Assembly (NCBI GenBank): GCA_964647565.1 | Contig: CAZYIM010000006.1 | Coordinates: 1 to 64,000 of the forward strand | From: an uncultured Methanosarcinales archaeon | GTDB lineage: Archaea > Nanobdellota > Nanobdellia > Woesearchaeales > CAZYIM01 | Length of the DNA stretch: 64,000 bases | Reading direction: 5' to 3' | Shown: piece by piece, positions 39,254 to 49,618 of the stretch | How positions within the stretch are numbered: position 1 is the stretch's first letter | Layout: the number at the start of each line of letters is the position of its first letter | Translations under genes and position numbers: made by a program | The notes under the pieces: generated by a model | The model's database searches: none | What the model was told of the DNA's origin: nothing | Seen by the model: only the letters and a program-made list of their open reading frames with translations

Positions 39254-41392
39254 TCAGCTAACACCGTAACAACCAGGTGTGAAACTGTAGCTTAGGGTGT
39301 AGGGCTCACAATCATATGCTGGCGAGTTATCGCCGTAGACCCTCACATATCGATCGTACTCATCGTTCAATACGCAGGCACCATCCATCGACCAGGTCCA
39401 TGAACGCGTCTGCCCAGCTAAGACTTCTTGGCAATTGCTGCCGACGCTACCGCAGGTCTCACCTGTGCAGAACATGTATGATCCTGCCCCTGACGGTACA
39501 GTTAGCGTGATTTCAAGCTGATAGTCCTCGTCCAAGCAGAAAGCGTCACAGCACTCGCAACTGCCATCACTCTCTACAGCGTCGATTCTATAGTAATCAT
39601 TATCGCCTAATCCAAAGATTGTCTTGTCTGTATATGTCCTAGTCTGATCGCTGCCAACAGTTGCAAGTGTTGTTGCAGAGCTGCAGGCGCCGTTAGGCTC
39701 GGACGAATCACTGAATGCACCGTTATCTACAGGTCCATCACAGTTATTATCTAAGTCATCACAGACCTCAGGATTTCCAGGAAATATATTTGCATTAGCA
39801 TCATCACAGTCTCCTCCTCCAAATGGACAATCAGTTCCAGTACCACACCAACCGTCTCCATCCTCATCAACACTTGGCGAGGTGCATACTCCCTCAGTAC
39901 AAAAGTCTCCTGGCGCACACTGAATACCGCATCCACCACAATTTGTTACAGTTGTATAATCTGTCTCACAGCCGTCGCTTCCATCGCTATTGCAGTCACC
40001 CCATCCTGTCTGGCATATTGGATCACATAATCCTCCAGTACACTGCTGAATCGCCACATTTTCTGTACCACATGCATATTGGCATGCACCACAATGGTTT
40101 ATATCACTCCACATGTGTATTTCGCAACCATCACCCTGGTCACCATTACAGTCATCCCATTCTGAATCACAACTCCAAGCGCAATCTGCTGGTATCTCCC
40201 AGCCTGTTGCAGCCCAATAGAATATGGTCACAGGTACAATATTCGAAGATGAGTGCAAGGGTGCAACGTCGATGCAATCAACCTGTTTTTGATGTATGCA
40301 GTTATCTCCTTCATACACATAGTCAGCAGGACATCCAGATACACAGTCAGAGTCAGCACCATCTATGTCGTTGTCGCAATCATTGTCTAGACCATCATTA
40401 CACGTTGTTTCAGGAGTCTCAGTTGGTACGCCTGGATTACTATTGCAGATTGTTGGACCGTCAGGGAATGCTACATCGCAGATATAATTACCCATTCTCT
40501 GACAAACTCCTGCACCAACAACACATATCTCTCCTTTATTGGTCCATAACGGTCCCTCATCTATTTCACCATCACAATCATTATCATCACCATCACAGAT
40601 TTCAGGGCCAGTTGATACGCATTGTCCTTCCAAAGCCTCAAGTCTTGATAACAAATCAGTATACATCTGTATTGTTATTGGACAGTCACATTCACCTGTA
40701 TCTCCTTTATCACCAGGCGCACCATCCGCGCCAGGAAGACCTTGAATACCCTGATCACCTTTGTCACCCTGGCAATCATAGGCATTGCAACCTCCGTTAG
40801 CATCTACGTCTTCATGACCATCACACGCACTATTTCCATTTAAATCCCAGCAATTAGTTCCGTCAACACCATCCCGACCATCAGCACCAGGGATACCAGG
40901 AAGACCATCAGTTCCGTCCTGACCATGTGCGCCAGGCAGACCATCTGCACCATCAAGTCCGGGTTCTCCCTGTGGTCCTTGATCACCAGCGTCTCCTTTG
41001 TCACCCTTATCTCCCTTTTCACCAAGAGCTCCATTTGCACCATCCTCACCATCAGCACCAGGAGGACCGGGTGGACCTTCAGGACCAGGTGTCAGCTCAA
41101 TCTCATCGATCTGGCCCTGAAGATTCATGATTATATCAAAGAAACTGTCGACTTCATAGTAATTATAAGCAGTTGAAAAAACAGGAAGACAATTAACCAA
41201 ACATGACTGGTATTGGTACTGGGCTGCAAAATCATTTCCATTGGGCGGATTCCCGCAACCATCAGTACAGTCCTTTGAACCCTTCAATGCCAAAGCATGG
41301 AAGTTTGAATCATCTTTTGCTGCTGTTGCAAAACCAGAAAAAGCAATAAACAATAGAATACATACAAATATAATAAGAATTTGTTGTCTCAT
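39254..41392 (-). CDS. Secreted collagen-like, Cys/Asp-rich surface protein
   Basis: Signal peptide; long G-X-Y runs; repeated EICDG.DNDCDG.IDE metal-binding motifs; DCN....DGCE....NCG.C repeats. Confidence 0.88.
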   Translation of the reverse strand: MRQQILIIFVCILLFIAFSGFATAAKDDSNFHALALKGSKDCTDGCGNPPNGNDFAAQYQYQSCLVNCLPVFSTAYNYYEVDSFFDIIMNLQGQIDEIELTPGPEGPPGPPGADGEDGANGALGEKGDKGDKGDAGDQGPQGEPGLDGADGLPGAHGQDGTDGLPGIPGADGRDGVDGTNCWDLNGNSACDGHEDVDANGGCNAYDCQGDKGDQGIQGLPGADGAPGDKGDTGECDCPITIQMYTDLLSRLEALEGQCVSTGPEICDGDDNDCDGEIDEGPLWTNKGEICVVGAGVCQRMGNYICDVAFPDGPTICNSNPGVPTETPETTCNDGLDNDCDNDIDGADSDCVSGCPADYVYEGDNCIHQKQVDCIDVAPLHSSSNIVPVTIFYWAATGWEIPADCAWSCDSEWDDCNGDQGDGCEIHMWSDINHCGACQYACGTENVAIQQCTGGLCDPICQTGWGDCNSDGSDGCETDYTTVTNCGGCGIQCAPGDFCTEGVCTSPSVDEDGDGWCGTGTDCPFGGGDCDDANANIFPGNPEVCDDLDNNCDGPVDNGAFSDSSEPNGACSSATTLATVGSDQTRTYTDKTIFGLGDNDYYRIDAVESDGSCECCDAFCLDEDYQLEITLTVPSGAGSYMFCTGETCGSVGSNCQEVLAGQTRSWTWSMDGACVLNDEYDRYVRVYGDNSPAYDCEPYTLSYSFTPGCYGVS

Positions 41393-41531
41393 CTAAACAC
41401 CCCCCACTAATTTATGCTTGGGAGAGATTGAACTATAAATATTTTTCGCAAAAGCCAAAAAGGAATGTAACAATCAATAAGAGACAAAATTGAGGTAAAG
41501 TTTATATAAAATTTCAACTTCCCCCTCCTCT

Positions 41532-42377
41532 ATGATAAGGTATCTTTGCAGGCAGGGCCAAAATCTCTTGGTTTTGGATGAGATTAAGCAGCATAAGTGG
41601 AAGATCAAGTGCTATCCAAAAGGTCTGACAAGAATCAAGAAAAGACTTGATGGCTACTTCGGAGATGAATTCAGAGATATCATCAACATCCCCCACGGTT
41701 GTAGAGGTACTTTGAACCCAATACTGTCCAAAGCGCAATATAAAGATGCAGAATTGGTTGATGTCAGCAGAAAAGTGGCTTTTTGTTTCTATAGGAAGTT
41801 CATCGATGATATCTTTTTGAAAGCAGATACAGATAATTCATTCGAGGTTTTTCTGACTCAAAACAGTGAGCGCGGATCAGGTTATAGTTCTCACATTATT
41901 AGACGGATCAATGAAGATCTCAATTTTGAGATCGAAAAAACTCCTTACATAATCGGCATACCTGATGAGGATAGGTTAGCCTATCATGAAGTCTCATTGC
42001 CTAACAGATTATCCGGATGTTTTGATGACTTACAGGAGTTCCGCCGCTATCTTAACAATGACATGGAACCTACAATTACCAAACGTATGGGTATTGCAAA
42101 GCCAGACCTTGTTCTTTATTCCCCTGGAAAAGTATATATCATTGAGATCAAGACATTGCATAGCTACAATCCTAAAAAGATAACTGAGATTAGAAGAGTT
42201 ATGCGAAAGCAACTGCTTTTATCTTCTTTATTTATTAAAAAGAATTTTGATATCCAGGTTGTACCTGTTGGTGTCCAGTTCTGTTATACTGGAAGTAAAG
42301 AGAGTCTCAGGTACACACACTTCAAGCTAAATGAAGAGGAAAGGAAGCTTGAGGTCAGGATTGATTCAAGTGGGTAA
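41532..42377 (+). CDS. PD-(D/E)XK nuclease-like protein
   Basis: KPDLVL...IIEIK and downstream QL. Confidence 0.65.
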   Translation: MIRYLCRQGQNLLVLDEIKQHKWKIKCYPKGLTRIKKRLDGYFGDEFRDIINIPHGCRGTLNPILSKAQYKDAELVDVSRKVAFCFYRKFIDDIFLKADTDNSFEVFLTQNSERGSGYSSHIIRRINEDLNFEIEKTPYIIGIPDEDRLAYHEVSLPNRLSGCFDDLQEFRRYLNNDMEPTITKRMGIAKPDLVLYSPGKVYIIEIKTLHSYNPKKITEIRRVMRKQLLLSSLFIKKNFDIQVVPVGVQFCYTGSKESLRYTHFKLNEEERKLEVRIDSSG

Positions 42378-42551
42378 TATAACCACTGCGAAGTCTGTCA
42401 GTTCACGATGTTCTCTGTCACTTCGTTGCACTCGTTCCTTGACTTTTGACTCTTCATATGAATCAAAAGTTTCCTCGACTTCCAAGTTTTTACAACTTAG
42501 AAGTAGTAAAAAAGCGAAAGGTTTATAAAGGGCTGAGGTTTCTACTGACTT

Positions 42552-43307
42552 ATGATCTCAGATATAATTGAAACAATCCACAATGGAGATGGTCGACAGA
42601 AAAGAGCATGGTCAGAGACTCTTTTTAACAATATCCAAACTTATTATGACAAAGAATCTGAGGATTCTGTAATATCAAATGAAATGAGTCAGCTTCTAGC
42701 CAAGGGCAAGATGGAAGAAACCATGAACAATGTAACTGTTGCATTGCTGAATGTTGCAGGATATGAGGATCATGCTGTCAAGCTTGCAAAAATGGCAAAT
42801 ATGTCTGTCTATTCCGGACCTGCACTGTCCTCACTACCTAAAGATATGAGGGCAAAAGTCGTATCGATCATAAAGAATTCTATTACACTTCCTGGAAGCA
42901 ATCTTGGCGTCAGTGTCAGAGACATGAGAAATAAAGACGACGCAAGAGGTGCAGAAACAGAAGATGTAATTCGTTTTGGAGAATTCGAAGATATCTATGT
43001 ATTTGATCATGGAAAAGGCCATTGTGATTATGCATATTTTAAGGAGGGAGATAGTTGCATAGAAGTCAGTTTCTGGGGAAGCTCAAATTGCGGAACCAAG
43101 AATCATGTCTTTGGACTGGATATAAAAGAAAAACCTCCAATATATCAAGCAGGCGATGTCCGCAAGAATGGTGTCAAGCTACAGATGATTCCAGGAGAGG
43201 GATTTTCAGAAGAACTTCAGGGCGATCCCACATTCTACCTGAGGTTTGAATATCAATGCGGCGCTTCAGGACCATATCTTAAGTTACCTGTAAGAAAAGC
43301 TGCTTGA
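42552..43307 (+). CDS. Hypothetical protein
   Basis: 251-aa ORF with a TATA box upstream. Confidence 0.7.
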   Translation: MISDIIETIHNGDGRQKRAWSETLFNNIQTYYDKESEDSVISNEMSQLLAKGKMEETMNNVTVALLNVAGYEDHAVKLAKMANMSVYSGPALSSLPKDMRAKVVSIIKNSITLPGSNLGVSVRDMRNKDDARGAETEDVIRFGEFEDIYVFDHGKGHCDYAYFKEGDSCIEVSFWGSSNCGTKNHVFGLDIKEKPPIYQAGDVRKNGVKLQMIPGEGFSEELQGDPTFYLRFEYQCGASGPYLKLPVRKAA

Positions 43308-43310
43308 ACA

Positions 43311-43748
43311 ATGATTCCTCGTCCAAAAGAGTTTCCTAAAAGCAAGTACAGGCTAATCAGACTGCCTGGCGAAGAAGACTCGCAGTTGCTCTATCTGCAA
43401 TTCAAAACTATAGAAAAAAAAAGGCATACTCCCAAATTCTGGAAAGTAAGTGAAAATGAAGTCTGGCGATTTGTGCCAACTCCTGATGCTTATACTCTCA
43501 AAAACATTTATTTCCGGGAAGATAACTGTCCAGAATGGGATGAGAAACATCGCAAGTTCATCAAAACAAACTGCATTGGCACATTCGAACCACATATGGA
43601 TCTTGCCTTCAGACTAAACGGCATAAAACCATTCCTGGACAAATTCCCTGCTGTTGGCGAATATCTCTATCAGCTAAGATCGCTGGCCGCAGATTATCAT
43701 TCCAGTGGCAAAAAAGGAAAGATAATAATTGATCAAGATGAACGATAA
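43311..43748 (+). CDS. Hypothetical protein
   Basis: 145 aa; operonic spacing. Confidence 0.65.
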   Translation: MIPRPKEFPKSKYRLIRLPGEEDSQLLYLQFKTIEKKRHTPKFWKVSENEVWRFVPTPDAYTLKNIYFREDNCPEWDEKHRKFIKTNCIGTFEPHMDLAFRLNGIKPFLDKFPAVGEYLYQLRSLAADYHSSGKKGKIIIDQDER

Positions 43749-44379
43749 AAAATTTGAATATTCAATATTCCTAAAAAAACTTCGACTTACAGATGATGTT
43801 AGAAACCTCAAGCAAGGTCTTGAAATAGAGTTCGATTCGCCCATAACATTACTTGTTGGAGATATAGGTGTTGGCAAATCTACTCTTCTCGACCTGATAA
43901 GAAGTCAGTATAATATAGACAGCGGATCTTATATGAAACAAGATATGGATAAACATCTTGAAGTTGAGGATACGGGTTTTATAACAGAGAATATAAGATA
44001 CTACGATTTCCATTCCCAAGACATGAAGTATTCAGGAAGTTTTGGCTCAGACATGGGCAGCCAGTTACAAGCGATGTGGCAATCCTCTGGACAAGGCGCA
44101 TTGAGCCAGTTCGCAGCTACAGGGCTTCAACATACAAGAGAATCACTGATAATATTGGATGAAATCGGAAGAGGAGCATCGCCAAAACTGAAGTATAGAT
44201 TTAGGGATTTTTTAGCTAAGATGGCAATCATGAAAAATCAGGTCATTGCCTCAACACACTCGGTAGAAATCATGAACATGGCAGGTCTTGATATATGCAA
44301 ACTTTATTCTGTAGAGCACCTGCAATACATGACCTTGGATGCATTTCTGGATGCACATCTTAAGTTGGATAAGAAATAA
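43738..44379 (+). CDS. Stand-alone ABC-type ATPase
   Basis: GDIGVGKST, SSGQG, IILDE and ASTHS motifs. Confidence 0.85.
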   Translation: MNDKKFEYSIFLKKLRLTDDVRNLKQGLEIEFDSPITLLVGDIGVGKSTLLDLIRSQYNIDSGSYMKQDMDKHLEVEDTGFITENIRYYDFHSQDMKYSGSFGSDMGSQLQAMWQSSGQGALSQFAATGLQHTRESLIILDEIGRGASPKLKYRFRDFLAKMAIMKNQVIASTHSVEIMNMAGLDICKLYSVEHLQYMTLDAFLDAHLKLDKK

Positions 44380-44411
44380 ATCAGGAATACCTAAAAAGAA
44401 TTGTCGTTCTT

Positions 44412-45509
44412 TTATACTTTTCTTTCTACTTTTCTCAGCCAGCCTTTTGGAGCTACTACTCTGCCTCTCTGGATACCTGTGATTGTGTCGTAAAGGTACT
44501 TGGTGACTTCTCCGACGTTGCCATCGCCAACAGTTATCTCCCTGCCATTGTCAAGAACATATTTACCAACAGGCATTACAGATGCTGCTGTGCCAAGTCC
44601 CATGGCTTCAGGGATCTCTTTTAAACACAAGTCAACAATAAATTCATCATAGTAAACCGTCTCTTGACGGGCCCGGATTTCATATTCTGGCATCGTAGCT
44701 AACTCTAGTACTGAACGAGAGGTTATTGATTCTAATATGTTTTCTGTAAATGCAGGAATAATGATATCTCCCGCCTTGGTCACATGTGCAATATTATTGG
44801 AACCTGCTTCTTCCAAGGTCTGGTTCGCGGGATCCAGATAGACTACCTGATCAGCATCAAACTCTCTTTTAGCATATTTGCTAGCAGGAATAGATGCATT
44901 ATAGTTGCCTCCAGTCTTGGCCTTACCTGTACCTCCCTGAGGCACTCTTTTGAACTTCTTGGTTATAAGGAATTTAGAAGGGTCGTTGAATCCACCAGGA
45001 AAATACGACCCGCTAGGGCTTAGAACAATAGCAAATATGAAATCAACACCAGGTTTGAGGTAAAGTTCCTCTGTAACCCCTATTATATATGGCCGGATAT
45101 ATATTGATGCATCCTCTTGTTCAGGATACCAAAGGCGTTCAACATCAAGCAAAGTATGCAGAGCCTGGACCTGATCCTCAACAGGAATTGTAGGAACATC
45201 AAACATCGCACCAGTTTGGTTCAATCTTTTAGCGTTTTGTTCAAACCTAAATGTGTATATCTCTCCATCTTCATGCATAAAGGCTTTTGAACCTTCGAAA
45301 TACTCATGAGCATAGTGATAGACCTTGGATTCGGGCATAATACCAAATGGTCCTCTGGGCTTGATAACCGGATTTCTCCATTCCCCATCAATATGTTCCA
45401 TCATGAACATATGATCAACAGGGATCTTACCAAAAGGTAATATCTCTTCTGGTACAAACTGTTCTGTCCGCCTCTCTTGTTCTGGTTTTAATTCAATAGA
45501 AATTTCCAT
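44412..45509 (-). CDS. ilvE: Branched-chain amino acid aminotransferase
   Basis: HYA.EYFEG.KA, YIRP, KTGGNY, EEAGSNN and ILESIT motifs. Confidence 0.93.
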   Translation of the reverse strand: MEISIELKPEQERRTEQFVPEEILPFGKIPVDHMFMMEHIDGEWRNPVIKPRGPFGIMPESKVYHYAHEYFEGSKAFMHEDGEIYTFRFEQNAKRLNQTGAMFDVPTIPVEDQVQALHTLLDVERLWYPEQEDASIYIRPYIIGVTEELYLKPGVDFIFAIVLSPSGSYFPGGFNDPSKFLITKKFKRVPQGGTGKAKTGGNYNASIPASKYAKREFDADQVVYLDPANQTLEEAGSNNIAHVTKAGDIIIPAFTENILESITSRSVLELATMPEYEIRARQETVYYDEFIVDLCLKEIPEAMGLGTAASVMPVGKYVLDNGREITVGDGNVGEVTKYLYDTITGIQRGRVVAPKGWLRKVERKV

Positions 45510-45555
45510 ATTTCGCGCCCGTTAAAAAAAGAAAGTACACTAAATATTTAAGCTT

Positions 45556-46122
45556 TTAGGTCGAGAGCCTGCTAAGGACGTTTCCCAGTCCTTGCTGCAT
45601 CTTTTCCCTGGCTTTGTTAATAGCATTTTGGGCTTGTGTAGCTGCAAAACTCTTGAGATATGACTCTATATTAACCTCCTTTTCAAAAGGCAGCGTTATT
45701 GTGAAGATAAAAAATTTTAATGTGATTTCACCCTCCAAAATGGCTGTTGTCTCTCCTGCATTAAGCATATCCCAGAAAAGAGCGACTGTTCTCTCCCAGC
45801 TTGATTCAGATGAGAACTCTAACTCTGTTTTTGTTTTGGGAGATAGGGTTTCGCCTTGGACAGTCCCTTTATAATAGCTCTGGTTGTGCAGATAGACATC
45901 ATAGTCCACGCTAGTTAGTTTGATTGCAAAGATTGACGGATTCTCAAGGGTTAAGGTTCCTGCTAATGTAAAACCTGACAGATCAACACTCTCAACATTA
46001 GTTATTTCAATCTCAGATATTTTGACTTGTTTTAAGGATGTATAAGAATAACTGAAGAAGACAATGATCAATAGAACTAATATTCCTATTCCGATCAGCC
46101 AAACACTCTTTTTCATGTTCAC
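45556..46122 (-). CDS. LEA_2/WHy-domain membrane-anchored protein
   Basis: TM helix followed by LTLENPS..I.L..VDYDVY. Confidence 0.8.
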   Translation of the reverse strand: MNMKKSVWLIGIGILVLLIIVFFSYSYTSLKQVKISEIEITNVESVDLSGFTLAGTLTLENPSIFAIKLTSVDYDVYLHNQSYYKGTVQGETLSPKTKTELEFSSESSWERTVALFWDMLNAGETTAILEGEITLKFFIFTITLPFEKEVNIESYLKSFAATQAQNAINKAREKMQQGLGNVLSRLST

Positions 46123-46574
46123 ATGTCCTTTAAGGTATCGAACAATTTCTTGATCTCTTCATAATGGGCCTTTTCCTGCTCCATCATAAACCTAAAGAAT
46201 GTCTGTACATCTTCACCCTCTGCTTCTGCGAGGTTGCTGTTGTAGAAATCATAGGCGTTCTGTTCTAAATCAAGAGCTACCTCTAATACCATCATCTCAT
46301 CTTCTGCAGCCTTAACCTCTGCACTGAACTCATCTGTTGTTGTGCTGAAGAAATCCTTTATTGCTTCAGGATTGTCACCTGTCAATTCAAACTTGAAATC
46401 GTTCTGTTCGACGGCCTTAGAAATGGTGCCTACGTGCAAGACTTCCTGGTCTGCAAGATACTGGAATATTTTCTGCAGCACTTCATTTGTAGCAGTCTTA
46501 GCTGCATCAGAGTACATCTGATATCCCTTTCTCTCGAATTCCAGTGCTGTGTGTAGTGCTTGTTGAATGTCCAT
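46119..46574 (-). CDS. Ferritin-like / rubrerythrin-family protein
   Basis: Two A...E....Y...ExxH repeats. Confidence 0.88.
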   Translation of the reverse strand: MDIQQALHTALEFERKGYQMYSDAAKTATNEVLQKIFQYLADQEVLHVGTISKAVEQNDFKFELTGDNPEAIKDFFSTTTDEFSAEVKAAEDEMMVLEVALDLEQNAYDFYNSNLAEAEGEDVQTFFRFMMEQEKAHYEEIKKLFDTLKDM

Positions 46575-46616
46575 AAAATCACCTCAATTATTATCTTAAA
46601 TATTTAGTATTTAAAT

Positions 46617-46961
46617 TTATTCATGTTCATAAAAAACATCAGCAGTATCATATTTAGGATAGGTAACCACAAATACTTCCAGGGGTTCTTCCCCAGCTAT
46701 ACTTTCAAGATAATGGAATTCATTCTTGGGTAAAGGGATGATGTCTCCTGGTTTAACATCAAAGCTGGCATCTCCTATATGACAAATTCCAATACCCTTT
46801 TCTATAGAATAGACCTCTTCCATCTTCTTATGCATATGTGGTCTGGCAGTGCTTGTTATGATTGCATAGGCAATGCTCATATTATCTGAGCTGTATAATT
46901 CCTGCAGTTTACCACAAGCATCATCGATGAACTCAATCTCAGAACGGTTTCTTATTTCCAT
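46617..46961 (-). CDS. Cupin-domain protein
   Basis: PHMHKKMEEVY and PGD...P..EFH motifs. Confidence 0.88.
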   Translation of the reverse strand: MEIRNRSEIEFIDDACGKLQELYSSDNMSIAYAIITSTARPHMHKKMEEVYSIEKGIGICHIGDASFDVKPGDIIPLPKNEFHYLESIAGEEPLEVFVVTYPKYDTADVFYEHE

Positions 46962-46965
46962 GATT

Positions 46966-47292
46966 CTATCTCATTGGCGGCATAGTTTGGGGCTGTCTCG
47001 TAGGAGTTTTTCTTACAGGGGATTTGGCTCTTGTCTCCAGAGATGGATCTCCCATATCTTGAAGAGGCACAGTGGGATCTCTCAAAAGTACTCTGTCACC
47101 TTCTTGCAGGCCTTCCAGTATGACAACGCGGTCTTTTGATCTCGGCCCCACTTTCACCGGAACTTCAGTCCAAGCAGGTTTAAGCATGTCATTAATCATA
47201 TACCAGCCTAATGCAATCTCCAATGCAATGACAGGATATTGGTAGTATTCCTTCACATAGTATAGAGCTTTTTTTAGATAGGGTATTGCCAT
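46966..47292 (-). CDS. Short chimeric ORF: TM helix plus the C-terminal fragment of an efflux periplasmic adaptor
   Basis: VPVKVG..S.D.V.ILEGL.EGDRV is the membrane-proximal motif of bacterial MFP/MacA-like adaptors. Confidence 0.55.
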   Translation of the reverse strand: MAIPYLKKALYYVKEYYQYPVIALEIALGWYMINDMLKPAWTEVPVKVGPRSKDRVVILEGLQEGDRVLLRDPTVPLQDMGDPSLETRAKSPVRKTPTRQPQTMPPMR

Positions 47293-47334
47293 TTTAAAAC
47301 ATAAAGAACTCGGAACTTAAAAATTTTGTTTATT

Positions 47335-48990
47335 TTATTGTTTCAATGCCTGAATGTATGGCTCCCTGCCTCTCTGAACAAGAGTCCATCCAAGAAAGTT
47401 CTGGTCATCCTGCTCAGGATAATCACATCTGACATGGCATGCCCGAGTCTCTTTTCTCAGATAGGCACTCTTCATTATCTGCTTAGCCAAATCTGCAATG
47501 TTCCTTAACTCAAGAAAATCTTTGTTGACATGGTACTTCCAATATAGTTTATTGATAGTTGTTTGAAAAGAATCAATATCTTCTAATCCTGCTTCTAATC
47601 TCTGTTCATTCCTGACCATACCGCATAACGAATTCATGGTCCGCCTTATACTCTCCCAGTAATGATTCACAGTTGTCTGATCTCGTGACTCAGTGGCTTC
47701 CCCCACATCCCAGAGAGGCACTTTCTGGATATTTGACTGTTTATCGACATGTTTCAGGTAATGATTTGTTGAGCGATCGGCAAACTCAATACATTCTGTG
47801 CCTGAGTTGCTTGCAAGCCTGGTTGCTCCATGAACTCCTGTGTAAGCGACTTCCCCGACAACATAGCAGCCTTCAAGAGCGGTCTCGCCATGATGTCCAC
47901 AAAGAACACCCCCATTTGAATAATGGACAGCATATACAACTGGCACAGGTTCTTTTGCAAGATCAATTCCTCTTTCCAAACAAAAATCATAAGCACTCTT
48001 GAAATTCTTCTTAAGCCGTTCTTCTCCAATCGAGGTGCAATCCAGCCAGACATGGTCAAGGTTATGCTTTCGCATCTCCCCATCCTCTGCCCGGGTCACT
48101 ACGTCCCTGGTTGATTTTGATCCATCAGGATGATATTTTAATACCAAGTCATCTTTTGAATCCTTAAAGCACTTTAATATTGCACCTTCCCCCCTTAGAC
48201 CCTCTGTAAAAAGCTGTCTTCTTCCAAATTCACCCTTTGCCGCAACATCATAATAGACTGATGGATGGAACTGGATGAATTCCATGTTGGCCAAAGGCAG
48301 GCCTGCCCTGTAGCAGAATGCAAAACCATCACCTGATGCGACATCAGGGTTTGATGTGTACATGAAAACCTTGCCCAGACCACCTGTTGCAACAAAGGTT
48401 CCTTTAGAAGCGACTGTCCGGACAGTTTCATTTTCTATATCATAAACATAAAATCCTCTGCAAGCATTCCTGTCCCTTAGAACATCATGAATCTTGTTAT
48501 CAGTTATCAGATCAATGACCATATGATTCTCATGCATTGTTACATTCGGATGCTGCCTGAGCTGTTCATCAAGAGTCTGCATAATTACAACGCCAGTAGT
48601 ATCCTTACTATGTACGATCCTTTTGGCTGAATGGCCTCCTTCCTTGTGAAGGCTTTTATCAAATGAAACTCCCTGAGATCTAAGCCATTTTATATCCTTG
48701 TTGAAATTTTTCACGCAGAAATTCACAACCTCTTCATCACACAAGCCTTTCCCGGCTGCAATGGTGTCTTTGAAGTGTTTCCCAAATGAATCCGGAGGTA
48801 TTGCCATACCAAATATACTCTTTACTCGTGAAAGGCCGCCAGCTATAAGGTAGCTGTTGCAGTCCTCAAGCGAGTCTGTCTTGGTGAAGAAATCAACTTT
48901 TTTGTCTTTATCTGCCAACATCAAAGCTGTTGATTTCCCTGCAAGACCGCCGCCTATGACTGCACAATCTGTGTTAAGGGGTTTTTCCAT
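47335..48990 (-). CDS. nadB: L-aspartate oxidase
   Basis: GGGLAG, EGGHS.KRIVH, MEFIQFHP, GVHGA.RLASNS and ETRACHVR motifs. Confidence 0.9.
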   Translation of the reverse strand: MEKPLNTDCAVIGGGLAGKSTALMLADKDKKVDFFTKTDSLEDCNSYLIAGGLSRVKSIFGMAIPPDSFGKHFKDTIAAGKGLCDEEVVNFCVKNFNKDIKWLRSQGVSFDKSLHKEGGHSAKRIVHSKDTTGVVIMQTLDEQLRQHPNVTMHENHMVIDLITDNKIHDVLRDRNACRGFYVYDIENETVRTVASKGTFVATGGLGKVFMYTSNPDVASGDGFAFCYRAGLPLANMEFIQFHPSVYYDVAAKGEFGRRQLFTEGLRGEGAILKCFKDSKDDLVLKYHPDGSKSTRDVVTRAEDGEMRKHNLDHVWLDCTSIGEERLKKNFKSAYDFCLERGIDLAKEPVPVVYAVHYSNGGVLCGHHGETALEGCYVVGEVAYTGVHGATRLASNSGTECIEFADRSTNHYLKHVDKQSNIQKVPLWDVGEATESRDQTTVNHYWESIRRTMNSLCGMVRNEQRLEAGLEDIDSFQTTINKLYWKYHVNKDFLELRNIADLAKQIMKSAYLRKETRACHVRCDYPEQDDQNFLGWTLVQRGREPYIQALKQ

Positions 48991-49129
48991 GGTTTCAAAC
49001 TGGAGGAAAACAAATACAATTTAAAAAGATTTAGGAAATAATCATCGCTAAGTGATGAATTCTCAAAGACACAACTATGAGAGAAAAAGAGACAAAAATT
49101 TTATAAAGCGCTACTATTGAGAATGATGT

Positions 49130-49618
49130 ATGGACTGGTTTACGCATATCTCCTTACCCACACTCTTGTTTATTATTTTTTCAAGCATCTTCAAGATAGA
49201 ATTCACCCTTATTCATTTGATGATAATCATGTTCTTTGCACTGCTTCCTGATCTGGATTTTATTTATGCTATCCTGACGAGCAAGAAGTATGATGACAAT
49301 TTTCAGCATCATAACTGGATTAGCCACTGGCCTGTTACATACCTGCCTTTGCTAGCAGCAGTATTGTTCTTTCCCAAACTGTCTGTAATCATTGCTTGTT
49401 TAGGTATATTTTCCCATCTGATCATGGACACCTTCCTCGCAGGCGACGGCATCATGTGGTTCTATCCATTTTCAAAACAGTTTTTCAATTTCTATGCAAA
49501 AGACCTAAACGGCCACCATGGCAAGGATTGGTTCAGGATATACAGAAGGAAAAAGATTTTTAAGGTGAATGTTGCTGCCTTCACCATATTGATTGTTTTG
49601 ATAGGTTTTAGAATATGA
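49130..49618 (+). CDS. Membrane-bound metal-dependent hydrolase (YdjM-like)
   Basis: TH, LPDLD, H...SH and SHLIMD..G...FYP motifs. Confidence 0.85.
   Translation: MDWFTHISLPTLLFIIFSSIFKIEFTLIHLMIIMFFALLPDLDFIYAILTSKKYDDNFQHHNWISHWPVTYLPLLAAVLFFPKLSVIIACLGIFSHLIMDTFLAGDGIMWFYPFSKQFFNFYAKDLNGHHGKDWFRIYRRKKIFKVNVAAFTILIVLIGFRI

Noticed and set aside
39823..40800. 325-aa His-rich ORF on the + strand
   Set aside because: It is the antisense shadow of the Cys/Asp/Gly-rich surface protein gene.
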